From the IMG/VR virus record IMGVR_UViG_3300035156_000188, positions 1-64,000 of that record: a stretch of DNA of 64,000 nt; one strand, written 5' to 3'. Shown piece after piece: positions 1-8,726 of this stretch (position 1 is the first letter of the stretch; every line of letters starts with the position of its first letter). The notes below the pieces were generated by a model. It was not told where the DNA came from and searched no databases. It saw nothing but the letters and a program-made list of their open reading frames with translations. The translations under genes were made by a program, and so were the position numbers. Source of the stretch: a virus.

Positions 1-621
1 GGCTGCCGCGCGCTGGCGCATGGCGTGCAGTTCAACGTCACGTGCGCGCTCGATCGCGATCTGGCGCGCCACGCCAGCTTCCTGCGTGGCCAGCGTCTGC
101 TTCCACCACGACTCGTAGTCGCTGCGCTCGCGCGAGCGCATGGTGTGCAGCTCAATATCGCGCCGCTGCTCGATCGCAAGTCGTTCGGCTGCGGCTTTTT
201 CCCACCAGCGGGTGTATTCCTGGGCGGCGCGCGCGCTGGCCGCGTTGAGCTCCGCGTCGCGGCGCTCCTGCATGTCGAGCACTTTGTTCCACCAGGCCAC
301 GCGCCGGGTGAGATCCGCCTGGCGCAGCTTGTCGAGTTCGACATCGCGCCGCTGCTCAACGGACAGCATATTCTTGGAAACTTTTTCGGAAGCTGCGACA
401 ACGGCATTGCCGCCGGAAACGACCTGCCCTGCCATGCCGGCAAAGCCGGCAGTGATCGAGGCCTGCATGACCTTCATCTGGTCTTCCAGACGCGACACCG
501 CGCTGTTATTGCCCAGGTTCGTCATCGCCGCGTGGAGGCGGTCAATGGCTGAGACGATCCGCTCGATGCCATCGGCCCCGCTGGATGTGACTGGTAGGTC
601 GATGCTGTTGTTGTCGCTCAT
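1..621 (-). CDS. tail tape measure protein, N-terminal 207 codons (gene runs off the left edge)
   Basis: rc ATG at 619-621 with GGAGG 8 nt upstream, open to position 1; directly follows the G/GT chaperone pair; helical text with repeated EQRRD(V/I)EL..WW units. Confidence 0.65.
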   Translation of the reverse strand, partial: MSDNNSIDLPVTSSGADGIERIVSAIDRLHAAMTNLGNNSAVSRLEDQMKVMQASITAGFAGMAGQVVSGGNAVVAASEKVSKNMLSVEQRRDVELDKLRQADLTRRVAWWNKVLDMQERRDAELNAASARAAQEYTRWWEKAAAERLAIEQRRDIELHTMRSRERSDYESWWKQTLATQEAGVARQIAIERARDVELHAMRQRAAA

Positions 622-628
622 AAAGAAA

Positions 629-661
629 GCCTCCGTTAGATTGCCATTATCTAACGGAGGC
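629..661 (-). promoter_or_regulatory. 12-bp-stem hairpin whose 3' arm contains the tape-measure Shine-Dalgarno
   Basis: GCCTCCGTTAGA (629-640) pairs perfectly with TCTAACGGAGGC (650-661), 9-nt loop; on the minus transcript GGAGG lies in the 3' arm, followed by CUUUCUUUAUG. Confidence 0.5.
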
Positions 662-675
662 TTCCTGGAGGCAAG

Positions 676-1436
676 TTACTTCGCGGAATTGTCTTTCCGC
701 TGGGAATCGACGTGCTCGAGATAAGCGTTGTCGAGGCAGATCAGGTGTCGAAGAAGGCGATCCCGTTCGTCGATTTGGGTGATATGAAACAGTTCGCAAT
801 ACTTGAGCACGCCGGACACTGCGTCGAGAGGTAGCGGGCCGCCCATGCTGACCTGGCGGCCGCGCGCGATTACCTGGTACGCGTTGTAGTAGTAGGCTTG
901 CCTGGCATCGAGGACGGGGCGGTTTTTCAGTGCCTCGGGCTCGATGCCCATTTCTTCCTTCAGCTTCTTCAGGAAGTCGAGCTTCCCGCCCCAAGTGGCT
1001 TCCCACTTGAGGTAGGCGCTTAGTTTTTTGCGTCTGCCTCTTCGACTTCGAAGCGGAAGTTCTTGAAGTCGTCCGAGCGGCGGGCCACTTCCTTCTGGAA
1101 TTCTTCCACCAGCAGCAGGCGCTTCGCGTTGGCGACGCTGTACTCGAGCTTCTCGCCCTTGAAGGCGACCGGACCGGTCCAGCCCAGCAGCACGGTGTGC
1201 GCCATGACTTCAGCCATGATCTGGTTCGAGCGATCCTTCGCTGCGGCCAGCTGCTCGGCGGTGTCCTTCAGTTCCAGGGTGTGCTTGTGCGCTTCGTACA
1301 GCTTGTTGAGCATCTTCTGGTAGGTCGGGTTGTTCGAACGCGCGATCAGCATTTTCACGCCGCCGCCGAAATCGAATTCTTTGCCTTCCTGCTCCAGCTT
1401 CGGGTCGACGGAGAACATGGTGAAAATATCGTACAT
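676..1436 (-). CDS. tail assembly chaperone, long GT-type form made by -1 frameshift at 1023-1029
   Basis: The -1 frame is open from the slippery site down to the TAA at 676-678 (reads ..KKLSAYLKWEATWGGKLDFLKKLKEEMGIEPE..); canonical position between major tail and tape measure genes. Confidence 0.7.
1020..1436 (-). CDS. tail assembly chaperone, short G-type form (138 aa)
   Basis: ORF track 1020..1436; acidic C-terminus; sits between the major tail protein and tape measure genes; ends in the slippery heptamer. Confidence 0.8.
   Translation of the reverse strand: MYDIFTMFSVDPKLEQEGKEFDFGGGVKMLIARSNNPTYQKMLNKLYEAHKHTLELKDTAEQLAAAKDRSNQIMAEVMAHTVLLGWTGPVAFKGEKLEYSVANAKRLLLVEEFQKEVARRSDDFKNFRFEVEEADAKN
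1023..1029 (-). promoter_or_regulatory. A_AAA_AAC -1 programmed ribosomal frameshift heptamer
   Basis: Minus strand reads gcA AAA AAC TAA in the zero frame; X_XXY_YYZ pattern immediately before the stop; downstream -1 frame stays open for 115 codons. Confidence 0.7.
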
Positions 1437-1471
1437 GGTAGTCCTAGCAAGGTGGTGGGTTGAGAGCGCCC

Positions 1472-1500
1472 AGTGTACTCAAACAATTTCCTACTGTCAA
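1472..1500 (-). promoter_or_regulatory. sigma70-type promoter candidate TTGACA-17-TACACT
   Basis: rc of 1495-1500 is TTGACA and rc of 1472-1477 is TACACT, 17-nt spacer; lies just after the terminator at 1524-1551 and before the chaperone gene. Confidence 0.5.
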
Positions 1501-1523
1501 AATAAAGAATGATGTCAGGCAAT

Positions 1524-1551
1524 AAAAAAGCGCCGCTCCGAAGAGCGGCGC
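1524..1551 (-). terminator. intrinsic terminator after the major tail gene
   Basis: GCGCCGCTC-cgaa-GAGCGGCGC stem-loop followed on the minus strand by UUUUUU. Confidence 0.75.
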
Positions 1552-1578
1552 CAACCCAGGTCCCCACCTTGAGAACTG

Positions 1579-2787
1579 TTACGGCGTCACAGCCGCGCCA
1601 ACGCGGTCGATGAAGATGGTGCCGCGCAGGTTCGCGTTTGCGTTGCCCTTGTCAGCGTAGGCCGTGTAATCGAACGTCGCCATCAGGTCCGAGTTCTTGC
1701 TGCCGGCCTGGATCTTACCATTCGACAGCTGCACGCGCGGCAGCTGGATGACGTAGCCATTACCGGCCGCGTCCTTGGTCGAGAAGGTCAGCGAGGTGTA
1801 GACGTCGCCGATGAACTTGTCGTACATCGCGCCGTCGGCGAAGTAGACTTCCAGCGAGCCGGTGACCACGAAGGTGCCGATGCCGACGCCGGCCAGACCC
1901 AGCACGCCCAAGGCGTCCTGCGCGCGCAGGCCACTGTCGATGTCCAGCGAGATCGACTTGATGACGGTGTTGGAGAGCGGCGCGCCGCCTTCCCAGATGT
2001 TGCCCACGCCAGTGACACCGTTCTGGATGTCGTAGGTCTGCGAGGCAGCGATGGTGCCAGGCATGTAGCTGGTGCCGTTCTTGCGCAGCGAGTCCTTGCC
2101 CAGGAAGGTGAACGTCGCTTCGGTCAGCGAGCGCGATGCGAACTGGGTCGAGAACTTCGAGCCGTACATGCCGCGGAACGCGAACACCTGGGCCGGCGTG
2201 GCTTCGGCGATCTGGCGCTCGATCGTGAACGAGGAGAGCGTGGTGCCGTTGGTCAGGCGCGAGGACGCAACCGAGCAGCCAGCGACGGCAGTGCCAGTGG
2301 CCAGCGGGGTCGAGGTGTCGACGGTGATGACGGTGGCAGTCGCCGGCGTGACCATCGAGTTACGGAAGAACTTGCCGTCGTTGGCGTGGCCAGGCGCGTT
2401 CAGGCGGATCCACTGACCAGGCTGCAGCGTGTTGAACGCAGTGCCAGTGGCGGTGATGGTGCTGGCCGTGAAGGTGCCGGCGAATACCGGGCTGATGCCG
2501 TTGGTGCCGTGGGCGGTCCAGGCGCTGCGGCAGACCGAGGCCAGGAACGGATCGTACTCGGCGTACTGCATGTGCACCTTGATGTCGCCCGAGGCTTGTG
2601 CGCCGACGGTCGTGGACGAGGTCTGTTCAGCAGTCGCGTTCAGCTCCTTGTCGGTCTCTTTCGACAGCTCGAACGAGAGGGACTCGCCGGTCATGCGCAG
2701 GAACTTGGCAGGGCTGCCGGTGGTCGGGGTTACGCCGAACTGTGCTTCGGGTGCGTAAGCAAGCTGTACGCGATCTGCTGATAGCAT
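1579..2787 (-). CDS. major tail (tube) protein, 402 aa
   Basis: Large T/S/G/A-rich beta-type protein immediately upstream of the G/GT chaperones and tape measure gene (canonical siphovirus order). Confidence 0.7.
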   Translation of the reverse strand: MLSADRVQLAYAPEAQFGVTPTTGSPAKFLRMTGESLSFELSKETDKELNATAEQTSSTTVGAQASGDIKVHMQYAEYDPFLASVCRSAWTAHGTNGISPVFAGTFTASTITATGTAFNTLQPGQWIRLNAPGHANDGKFFRNSMVTPATATVITVDTSTPLATGTAVAGCSVASSRLTNGTTLSSFTIERQIAEATPAQVFAFRGMYGSKFSTQFASRSLTEATFTFLGKDSLRKNGTSYMPGTIAASQTYDIQNGVTGVGNIWEGGAPLSNTVIKSISLDIDSGLRAQDALGVLGLAGVGIGTFVVTGSLEVYFADGAMYDKFIGDVYTSLTFSTKDAAGNGYVIQLPRVQLSNGKIQAGSKNSDLMATFDYTAYADKGNANANLRGTIFIDRVGAAVTP

Positions 2788-2867
2788 TTTGATGCTCCAA
2801 GGTAAAGTTTCCGTGAGTCTACCTTGGATGCTCTGTCACAGGTGCAAAGTTTGATGCCTTGCTGCAA

Positions 2868-3284
2868 CTATTTTCGCCAGTAGTACCAGAAATCCGCCAA
2901 CGCAGGGAAGTAGGCCTTCCCGTCTTTGGTCATCGAGCGATGCACCTGCGTGGCGTGGGTCTCGAGTCCGGACAGATTGACCATGTCGAAGTAGGGCGTG
3001 ACGAAGGTGAGCAGCTGGCGCGCCCGCGCGCTGCCGGTGCCCTCCTTCACGACCGCGGCCAGCAGCAGCTGACCTACCTGCTTGACGAGCGGGTTCTGGC
3101 CAAGCTCGATCTGGCCGCCGCCTGGCAGGAAGTCGATCTCGACTTTCAGGTACGGGTTGGCCTGCAGCGGATCGTCGACACTGCAGACGTTGTCGATCTC
3201 GACGTGCAGCGGGTATTCGGTGAAGTCGGCCTGGATCTTCTCCAGCACCGTCATGATGGCCACGCGGGCTTGTTCCTGGTTCAC
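2868..3284 (-). CDS. head-tail joining / tail completion protein (138 aa), by position only
   Basis: ORF track; stop/start overlap with upstream gene; between head and tail genes. Confidence 0.6.
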   Translation of the reverse strand: MNQEQARVAIMTVLEKIQADFTEYPLHVEIDNVCSVDDPLQANPYLKVEIDFLPGGGQIELGQNPLVKQVGQLLLAAVVKEGTGSARARQLLTFVTPYFDMVNLSGLETHATQVHRSMTKDGKAYFPALADFWYYWRK

Positions 3285-3817
3285 GCTGAAATGTCCTTCG
3301 GCTGGATGCCCTTGATGTGCGTCTTGATGTATTGGCCGATGCGCACGTTGCCCGGGATGATGTTCACCGCGCGCAGATCCACCGTGTCATAGGGGCTGGT
3401 CATGGTGTCGCCGCCGGCGCCGATCTCGAGGTCGGTCGCGTTGACCAGGTGCACCTTCGATTCGAGTGTCACCCAGCGCAGCTGCAAGCCCATCCTGTGC
3501 AGCGCCTGCATGGCGAACTCGCGATCGCCAGCCTGCTTGACGTTGAGCCTATACCCGGTGCCGCCGTCTTCCTTGTCGAACGGCACCATGTCCGGCGCGC
3601 GGCCGCCTGGGCGGTAGACGGGCATGTTGCCGTTGACGGCGAAGTTCCAGTTGCTCACGAAGTCGCCCGAGAACTGGGGCGAGACCATCACGGCCATCTC
3701 GGCCATGGCGTAGAGCTTCTTGCGGAAGATCGCGTCGCCGGTGGCCTTGACCTTGCCGCGCAGCGCTTCGAGCTTCTTCGTGCTGAACCGGATCGCGTTC
3801 AGGTTGATCGCGATCAC
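3281..3817 (-). CDS. structural protein (178 aa), by position only
   Basis: GTG start in a GTGA overlap with the stop of 3814..4647; the longer track ORF upstream is R/P-rich shadow text. Confidence 0.6.
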   Translation of the reverse strand: MIAINLNAIRFSTKKLEALRGKVKATGDAIFRKKLYAMAEMAVMVSPQFSGDFVSNWNFAVNGNMPVYRPGGRAPDMVPFDKEDGGTGYRLNVKQAGDREFAMQALHRMGLQLRWVTLESKVHLVNATDLEIGAGGDTMTSPYDTVDLRAVNIIPGNVRIGQYIKTHIKGIQPKDISA

Positions 3818-4647
3818 ACGAGCCTCGCGTGCAAGGCGAAGGCGTCGAGCTTCGGCACGATCGACAGCACGCGCCAGCGCAGGCCCTGCATGGTAAATTC
3901 GGCGCCGACGGCCGGCGTGTGTGCGCTCTGGGCGATGAAGATCATTCGGTCGCCCGGCTGCACCTTGCTCTCGCCCTGCGTGCGGAACTCGAAGAACTTG
4001 GTCATGTCCATCTGCAGCGCCTGGACCGTGACCGAGGCGCCGACCGGCTGCTCGGTGACCAGGCTGCGCTTCTGGGAGACGAACACCGCGCTCTGCAGCG
4101 CGTCGGCGTCGAGCTGGTCGGCTTCGGTGATGCCGTACTGCTCGACCGAGTCGCGTGTCGTGCGCGCGCGGTAGAAGACGCCGCCCTGGCGCAGGATGCT
4201 GCCTTCGACGACACCTTCGCCCGGGGCGTGGTAAATGTTCCACATGATGTCCCAGTCGGCCGAGCTGCGCGTGTCGACGGTGTCGCGGAAGTATTCGCGG
4301 TGCGCGTAGAACGGCACGCCGGCCACACCGAGGCAAGCCTGCCCTGGCGTGAGCCGCTCCATCAGGCCGGTCGACTTCTTCAGGTCGTAGCTGCGGCGCA
4401 CCGCGGCGCCCTGGAAGTAGTCAGGGTTGCTGTTGCCGACGATCCAGGGCTCGCCATAGACCGTGACCGCGCGACGCGCCGGGATGACGGTGCCCTCGTT
4501 CGTCGTCATCGTGCGCCGGCGCGAGGTCGAGCCCGACGAGGTGTGGTCGTCGTGCGCGGAGGTGTGGCACTTGAACAGCAGGTCCCCGGTGTACGCGTCG
4601 TAGACCGGGTCCTTGTCGAAGTAGGCGGCGATGTCGGCGAAGCGCAT
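3814..4647 (-). CDS. structural protein (277 aa), by position only
   Basis: ATG overlaps upstream TAA (TAATG); ordinary globular composition. Confidence 0.65.
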   Translation of the reverse strand: MRFADIAAYFDKDPVYDAYTGDLLFKCHTSAHDDHTSSGSTSRRRTMTTNEGTVIPARRAVTVYGEPWIVGNSNPDYFQGAAVRRSYDLKKSTGLMERLTPGQACLGVAGVPFYAHREYFRDTVDTRSSADWDIMWNIYHAPGEGVVEGSILRQGGVFYRARTTRDSVEQYGITEADQLDADALQSAVFVSQKRSLVTEQPVGASVTVQALQMDMTKFFEFRTQGESKVQPGDRMIFIAQSAHTPAVGAEFTMQGLRWRVLSIVPKLDAFALHARLV

Positions 4648-5135
4648 TAGACACCCGTGATCGGGCTGACCGGCGTGGCGACCAGCACGCGCAGGCGTTC
4701 GGCTGGCGTCGGCGCCACCGCGGCGGGATTGATCCGGGCGTAGGCGCCGCGCATGCGCACCTTCAAGGTGGGCAGGGTTGCCAGGATGTCCGCGCGCAGC
4801 TGCTTGTACGGGTCGCCGGTGCGCTGCAGCTCCGAGCGCGCATCCTTGATGATGCCGGGCGCGAACATGCCGACAGCGCCCAGGCAGCGCTTGGCGATGT
4901 GGTAGGCCGAGTACATCTGCACCAGGTCGAAGAAGCGCTCCTGGTCGTCGGTCTTGACCTCGATCACCGCGACGGTGGCGAAGTCGGCGATGATCTGCGG
5001 ATGGATCGCACGCAAGTCCTCGGTCAGCAGGGTTGTGTAGATCGGTTCCTGCAGGACGTCGTCAGGCAGCTCCTGTTCGGAGACGCCGAGGACTGCGCGA
5101 ACCGCGCTGCTGGTGGTGAGGTCTGTGGTTGCCAT
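4647..5135 (-). CDS. head-tail connector/adaptor-type protein (162 aa)
   Basis: ATG at 5133-5135 (rc), AAGGAG 7 nt upstream; first gene after the capsid block. Confidence 0.6.
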   Translation of the reverse strand: MATTDLTTSSAVRAVLGVSEQELPDDVLQEPIYTTLLTEDLRAIHPQIIADFATVAVIEVKTDDQERFFDLVQMYSAYHIAKRCLGAVGMFAPGIIKDARSELQRTGDPYKQLRADILATLPTLKVRMRGAYARINPAAVAPTPAERLRVLVATPVSPITGV

Positions 5136-5154
5136 GTGGAACTCCTTTCGGAGT

Positions 5155-5175
5155 ATTGTGGCACAGAAATTGCTT
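5155..5175 (+). repeat. 21-nt element ATTGTGGCACAGAAATTGCTT, copy 1
   Basis: Identical to 10280-10300; on the + strand reads TGGCAC-N5-TTGC (sigma54 -24/-12 spacing); lies between a terminator and the next minus-strand start codon. Confidence 0.7.
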
Positions 5176-5188
5176 TCCGGCGAGCATG

Positions 5189-5213
5189 AAAAAGCCCGCT
5201 TGCGCGGGCTTTT
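5189..5213. terminator. intrinsic terminator, bidirectional in form
   Basis: AAAAA-AGCCCGC-ttgc-GCGGGCT-TTTT; follows the stop of 5311..5532 on the minus strand. Confidence 0.75.
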
Positions 5214-5310
5214 GCTTACGGTCGGATGTCGTGCGGCGCTGCGACGCCGATGCCCTCGCGGGTGATGGTGTCCGGGCGCTTGTCGGCGCCGCCGATGCCT
5301 TCGCCGCGCA

Positions 5311-5532
5311 TTACTTCTTCGCCTTCGGCGCGTCTTCCAGCGGGTTGTCGGTCTCGACAACGGTTGGCTGCGCTTTCAGGAAGGCCGAGTGCTTGATCTT
5401 GGTCGGCACGCCCGGCGCCAGGATGACCAGGTCGCTGCCCTGGATCTCGCCTGCGCGGCCGTAGTCGGGCAGCGGATGCTCGCCCTGGTTGACCAGCCAA
5501 ACGCCGTCTTTGTCGATTACTTTGAAGTCCAT
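5311..5532 (-). CDS. small head-associated protein (73 aa)
   Basis: ORF track; directly downstream of the major capsid gene. Confidence 0.55.
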   Translation of the reverse strand: MDFKVIDKDGVWLVNQGEHPLPDYGRAGEIQGSDLVILAPGVPTKIKHSAFLKAQPTVVETDNPLEDAPKAKK

Positions 5533-5588
5533 GCTCTATGCTCCGTGTGGGGTGTGGAAAGGCGGCCCCTTTCGAGGCCGCCCGGTTA

Positions 5589-6815
5589 TTACGCGATGAC
5601 GAGGACGTCGAAGGCGCTGTTGTCGTCGGTGAACAGACGGTCAGCGACCTCGCTCCAGGTCCACACCATGCGCGAGCTGCGGCGCAGGATGAACTCTTCG
5701 GTCGCCTTGTACTCGGCTTCGGTGTTGGTGATCATCTTGATCGCCTGTTCCTTGTCGAGGCCCCAGACGGTGTTCGCTGGGACTGGACCGCCTTCAGCTG
5801 CCGAGTCGGTGATCAGCCACTGGACGTCGTTGCCGAAGCCAGGCACCTTCGCCGGCACCAGCTGCGGGTCGATGCGCGCCAGGGTCGGGTCGTAGCTGTT
5901 CGAGCCCGGACGGCCGGTGCGGCCTTCGATCTTCAGGTAGGTGTCCAGATCGCACATCACGTGGGTGATCTTGCGGCGACGCTTGTTGCGGGCCAGGAAT
6001 TTCAGCCAGGCGCGGTGGGTCATGACGCCGCCGGTTGCAGCTGGGTCCAGCGAGGTCGAGGTCACCGAAGCGATCGCGCCGGTGCCGCGGTCCACGTCGC
6101 CCAGGAACAGGTCCGACAGGTAGGTGTTGACGCGGGCGTTGTGCTCGATGTCGATGAAGCGCTTCATGGTCAGGCCGAACATGTCGAGCGTGGTGCCCTT
6201 CATGGCTTCCTGGCTCATCTCGATGCCGATACCGTAGGCCGGGATGCTGAACGCGCGTTCCGACGTGGTGATCGTCAGCATGTTTGGCAGTTCGCCCAGC
6301 TGGGTGACGCGGGCCGCTTTGGCTGCGTTCACGCCGTCATTGGCGCCGCCGGCCTTCTTGTACGACAGCACTGGCTGGCGGTAGGTGTCGCCCGAGATCG
6401 GCATCGTGGTCTTCACCAGCGAGCGGAACGTGACGTCGTCGTCGCTGCGGCTGTCGTAGAACATGTCTTCGACCAGGTCCAGGACCGCCTGCGGGAACAG
6501 GATGCGCGACTGGGTGCCGTGCGGGTCCGAGCGTTCGCGGGTGTTGTTCGGGCCAGCCGAGAAGCCAGCTTTGCCTTCCAGGATGTCGTGGATCGAGGAC
6601 GCGCGCAGGCCGAACTGGTTCTTGCCCACCAGGGTCAAGCCTTCCGATGCGCACAGCTGCTGCATCGGGGTGCCCTTGGAAGCGTCGCAGTCAGCGCCGA
6701 AACGGGTGTTGATCAGCGCGGTGACCGTCAGGTTCGCGTCGATCGCTTCTTTGTAGAGGGTGTCCGACAGCTCGACGTGCTGTACGTTACCTTCCGTGTT
6801 GATGAAAAATGCCAT
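5589..6815 (-). CDS. major capsid protein (408 aa)
   Basis: Size and position after protease/scaffold and decoration-like genes in a lambda-type head module; strong RBS (GGAGAAATAGAAAATG). Confidence 0.8.
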   Translation of the reverse strand: MAFFINTEGNVQHVELSDTLYKEAIDANLTVTALINTRFGADCDASKGTPMQQLCASEGLTLVGKNQFGLRASSIHDILEGKAGFSAGPNNTRERSDPHGTQSRILFPQAVLDLVEDMFYDSRSDDDVTFRSLVKTTMPISGDTYRQPVLSYKKAGGANDGVNAAKAARVTQLGELPNMLTITTSERAFSIPAYGIGIEMSQEAMKGTTLDMFGLTMKRFIDIEHNARVNTYLSDLFLGDVDRGTGAIASVTSTSLDPAATGGVMTHRAWLKFLARNKRRRKITHVMCDLDTYLKIEGRTGRPGSNSYDPTLARIDPQLVPAKVPGFGNDVQWLITDSAAEGGPVPANTVWGLDKEQAIKMITNTEAEYKATEEFILRRSSRMVWTWSEVADRLFTDDNSAFDVLVIA

Positions 6816-6842
6816 TTTCTATTTCTCCGTATGGAAGGTAAA

Positions 6843-7319
6843 TTAGACGCGTTCGATGACGACGGTGGTGCCGACGGCGCCGGTGCCGACTTGGGTCAGC
6901 GAGACCACGCGCCAGCTGTGCGCACCCGGGGTCTGCGAGGTCGCCTTGCAGACTTTCGGGTAGGTGGCCAGAGCGGTGCCCTTGGCGGTGATGGTGCCGG
7001 CAACGACGTAATCGCCAACTGCCAGTGCGCCGGTGCCTGGGGTAGCCTGCAAGCCGTCCGCGGTGGCGAAGATCATGCCTTCGTTGACGCGGCCGCCGAC
7101 GCTGAAGCCTTGCGAAGTCGAAGGCTCGACTGCGTAGATGTAGCCCTCGATCGCGTCGCCGGCGACAGCCAGGTCGTAGCGCGACTCACCGACGAGCTTG
7201 ATCAGCTTGCCCTGGTCGAGGGTATTCATGTTGTTTGCTGCGCCCGCGCCGGCGCCCAGGCGTACTGGGTGAACGGTTGGGGTGCTGCCGGACGGCAGCA
7301 TGAAGTGCATTTTAGCCAT
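6843..7319 (-). CDS. head decoration-like beta protein (158 aa)
   Basis: G/A/V/T-rich small protein between protease and capsid genes (the lambda gpD position). Confidence 0.55.
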   Translation of the reverse strand: MAKMHFMLPSGSTPTVHPVRLGAGAGAANNMNTLDQGKLIKLVGESRYDLAVAGDAIEGYIYAVEPSTSQGFSVGGRVNEGMIFATADGLQATPGTGALAVGDYVVAGTITAKGTALATYPKVCKATSQTPGAHSWRVVSLTQVGTGAVGTTVVIERV

Positions 7320-7331
7320 GGCGGCAGTTCC

Positions 7332-8726
7332 TTAGCGGTTGGTGGAAGCGAATTGTTGAGTGGCGAGCAGGAAGCCGACCGGGGCCGCGGCCTTGGTCTT
7401 CTTGTCTGCGCCTTCCGACTGCGACACACGGCCGACAGGGAATTTGGCAGTGAACTCGGCCTTCACGCGGGTGTGCTCGGTCAGCAGGGCAGTCGCGTCC
7501 AGCGATTCCACTGCAGCTTTCGAGCCGCCCATCGGGACGAGCATGTTGGCGGTGACGTCGCGCACCACGGCAACCAGGCCGTCGTGATGTGCAGCGATCT
7601 TTTCCAGGTCGGCGATCTTGGCGTTGGCCACAGCCAGTTCGGCTTTCACACCGGTCAGCTCGGCGCCAGCGCTGGCTTTGGCAGCTGCGTCGGCAGCATC
7701 GGCCTCGGCCTGCACGCGTGCAGCTTCCGCAGCGTCGGCTTCAGCCTTGGCGGCGGCATCGCGCGCTTCGATCTGCTCAGCGCTCATAGGGGTGCAGTCG
7801 GCGTTCAGGCCGAGGCTTGCAAGGGAGGCGCCGGCCGCGATGGCGGCGACGATTTCAGGAGTCAGGTGCATGGCTTTGCCTTTCGAATTGGAGGGAGTAT
7901 TGCCAGATTGTTTCCTGGTGTCAAGCAATTTTAGTGCCAGGCCGAAACTTTGCACTTTGTCGACCAGGCCAGCCTTGACGGCTTGCTTACCGAGGAAGGT
8001 CTGGCCCTCCGTTACTTCGGCAAGTTTCTCTGCGGTGAGGTTGGGACGTCCCTTGGCCACCTGCGCCCGGAACATGGTGTGGATCTCCTGGAGCTGGGCG
8101 ACTGCGCGCTCCTTGGCGCCGTCGGTCAGCGGCTCGACCGAGTTGAGCTCGGCCTTGAATTCGCCCGAGCGCAGCACTGTTGCCGTGACGCCACGCATCT
8201 CCATCGCCTTGCTGTTTTCGCTGTGCACGCGTAGCACGCCGATCGAGCCGACGATCGCGGTCGGGCCGGCACTCATCTCGCCCTTGATGGCGCTGGCCAT
8301 CCAGTAGCCGGCCGAGGCCATCAGCTCGCTGGTGTGCACGCGCGACGGCTTCAAGCGCGAGAGCGTCTCGAGCGTGGCGGTCATATCGACGATGCCGGCG
8401 ACGTCGCCGCCAGGCGAATTGATGTGGTAGAGCATGGACTTGGTGTCCTTGTGCTGCGCGGCCTCGATCGCGGCTTTCGCGATGTCGGCATAGCCGACCA
8501 CGCCGAACAGCCGGAGGAAGCCGGCCTCGCCCTGGACCACCGGGCCGTCGATCTCGACGACCGCGGTGTCGCCCTCGTGGCGCCACATCGGCGGCAGCTT
8601 GGCCACCATGTCTTCGATCCAGCCGGCCTTCATGTCCGGCTTGGCCTGCATCGCCTCTACCTTGGCCTGCGCCTGGAGGACTTGTTCGAAGGAGTCCGAG
8701 GACCCCGCCCAGAAAATGGTCTTCAT
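7332..8726 (-). CDS. S49/SppA-family prohead protease fused to an A/E-rich scaffold-like C-terminal half (464 aa)
   Basis: INSPGGDVAG, SAGYWMASA and GSIGV strings typical of S49 serine peptidases; lambda gpC position after the portal. Confidence 0.85.
   Translation of the reverse strand: MKTIFWAGSSDSFEQVLQAQAKVEAMQAKPDMKAGWIEDMVAKLPPMWRHEGDTAVVEIDGPVVQGEAGFLRLFGVVGYADIAKAAIEAAQHKDTKSMLYHINSPGGDVAGIVDMTATLETLSRLKPSRVHTSELMASAGYWMASAIKGEMSAGPTAIVGSIGVLRVHSENSKAMEMRGVTATVLRSGEFKAELNSVEPLTDGAKERAVAQLQEIHTMFRAQVAKGRPNLTAEKLAEVTEGQTFLGKQAVKAGLVDKVQSFGLALKLLDTRKQSGNTPSNSKGKAMHLTPEIVAAIAAGASLASLGLNADCTPMSAEQIEARDAAAKAEADAAEAARVQAEADAADAAAKASAGAELTGVKAELAVANAKIADLEKIAAHHDGLVAVVRDVTANMLVPMGGSKAAVESLDATALLTEHTRVKAEFTAKFPVGRVSQSEGADKKTKAAAPVGFLLATQQFASTNR

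Noticed and set aside
2843-2859. Minus-strand AGGCATCAAACTTTGCA upstream of the major tail gene, considered as another sigma54 box.
   Set aside because: The GG and GC elements are 13 nt apart rather than 12. Sigma54 promoters do not tolerate that spacing change.
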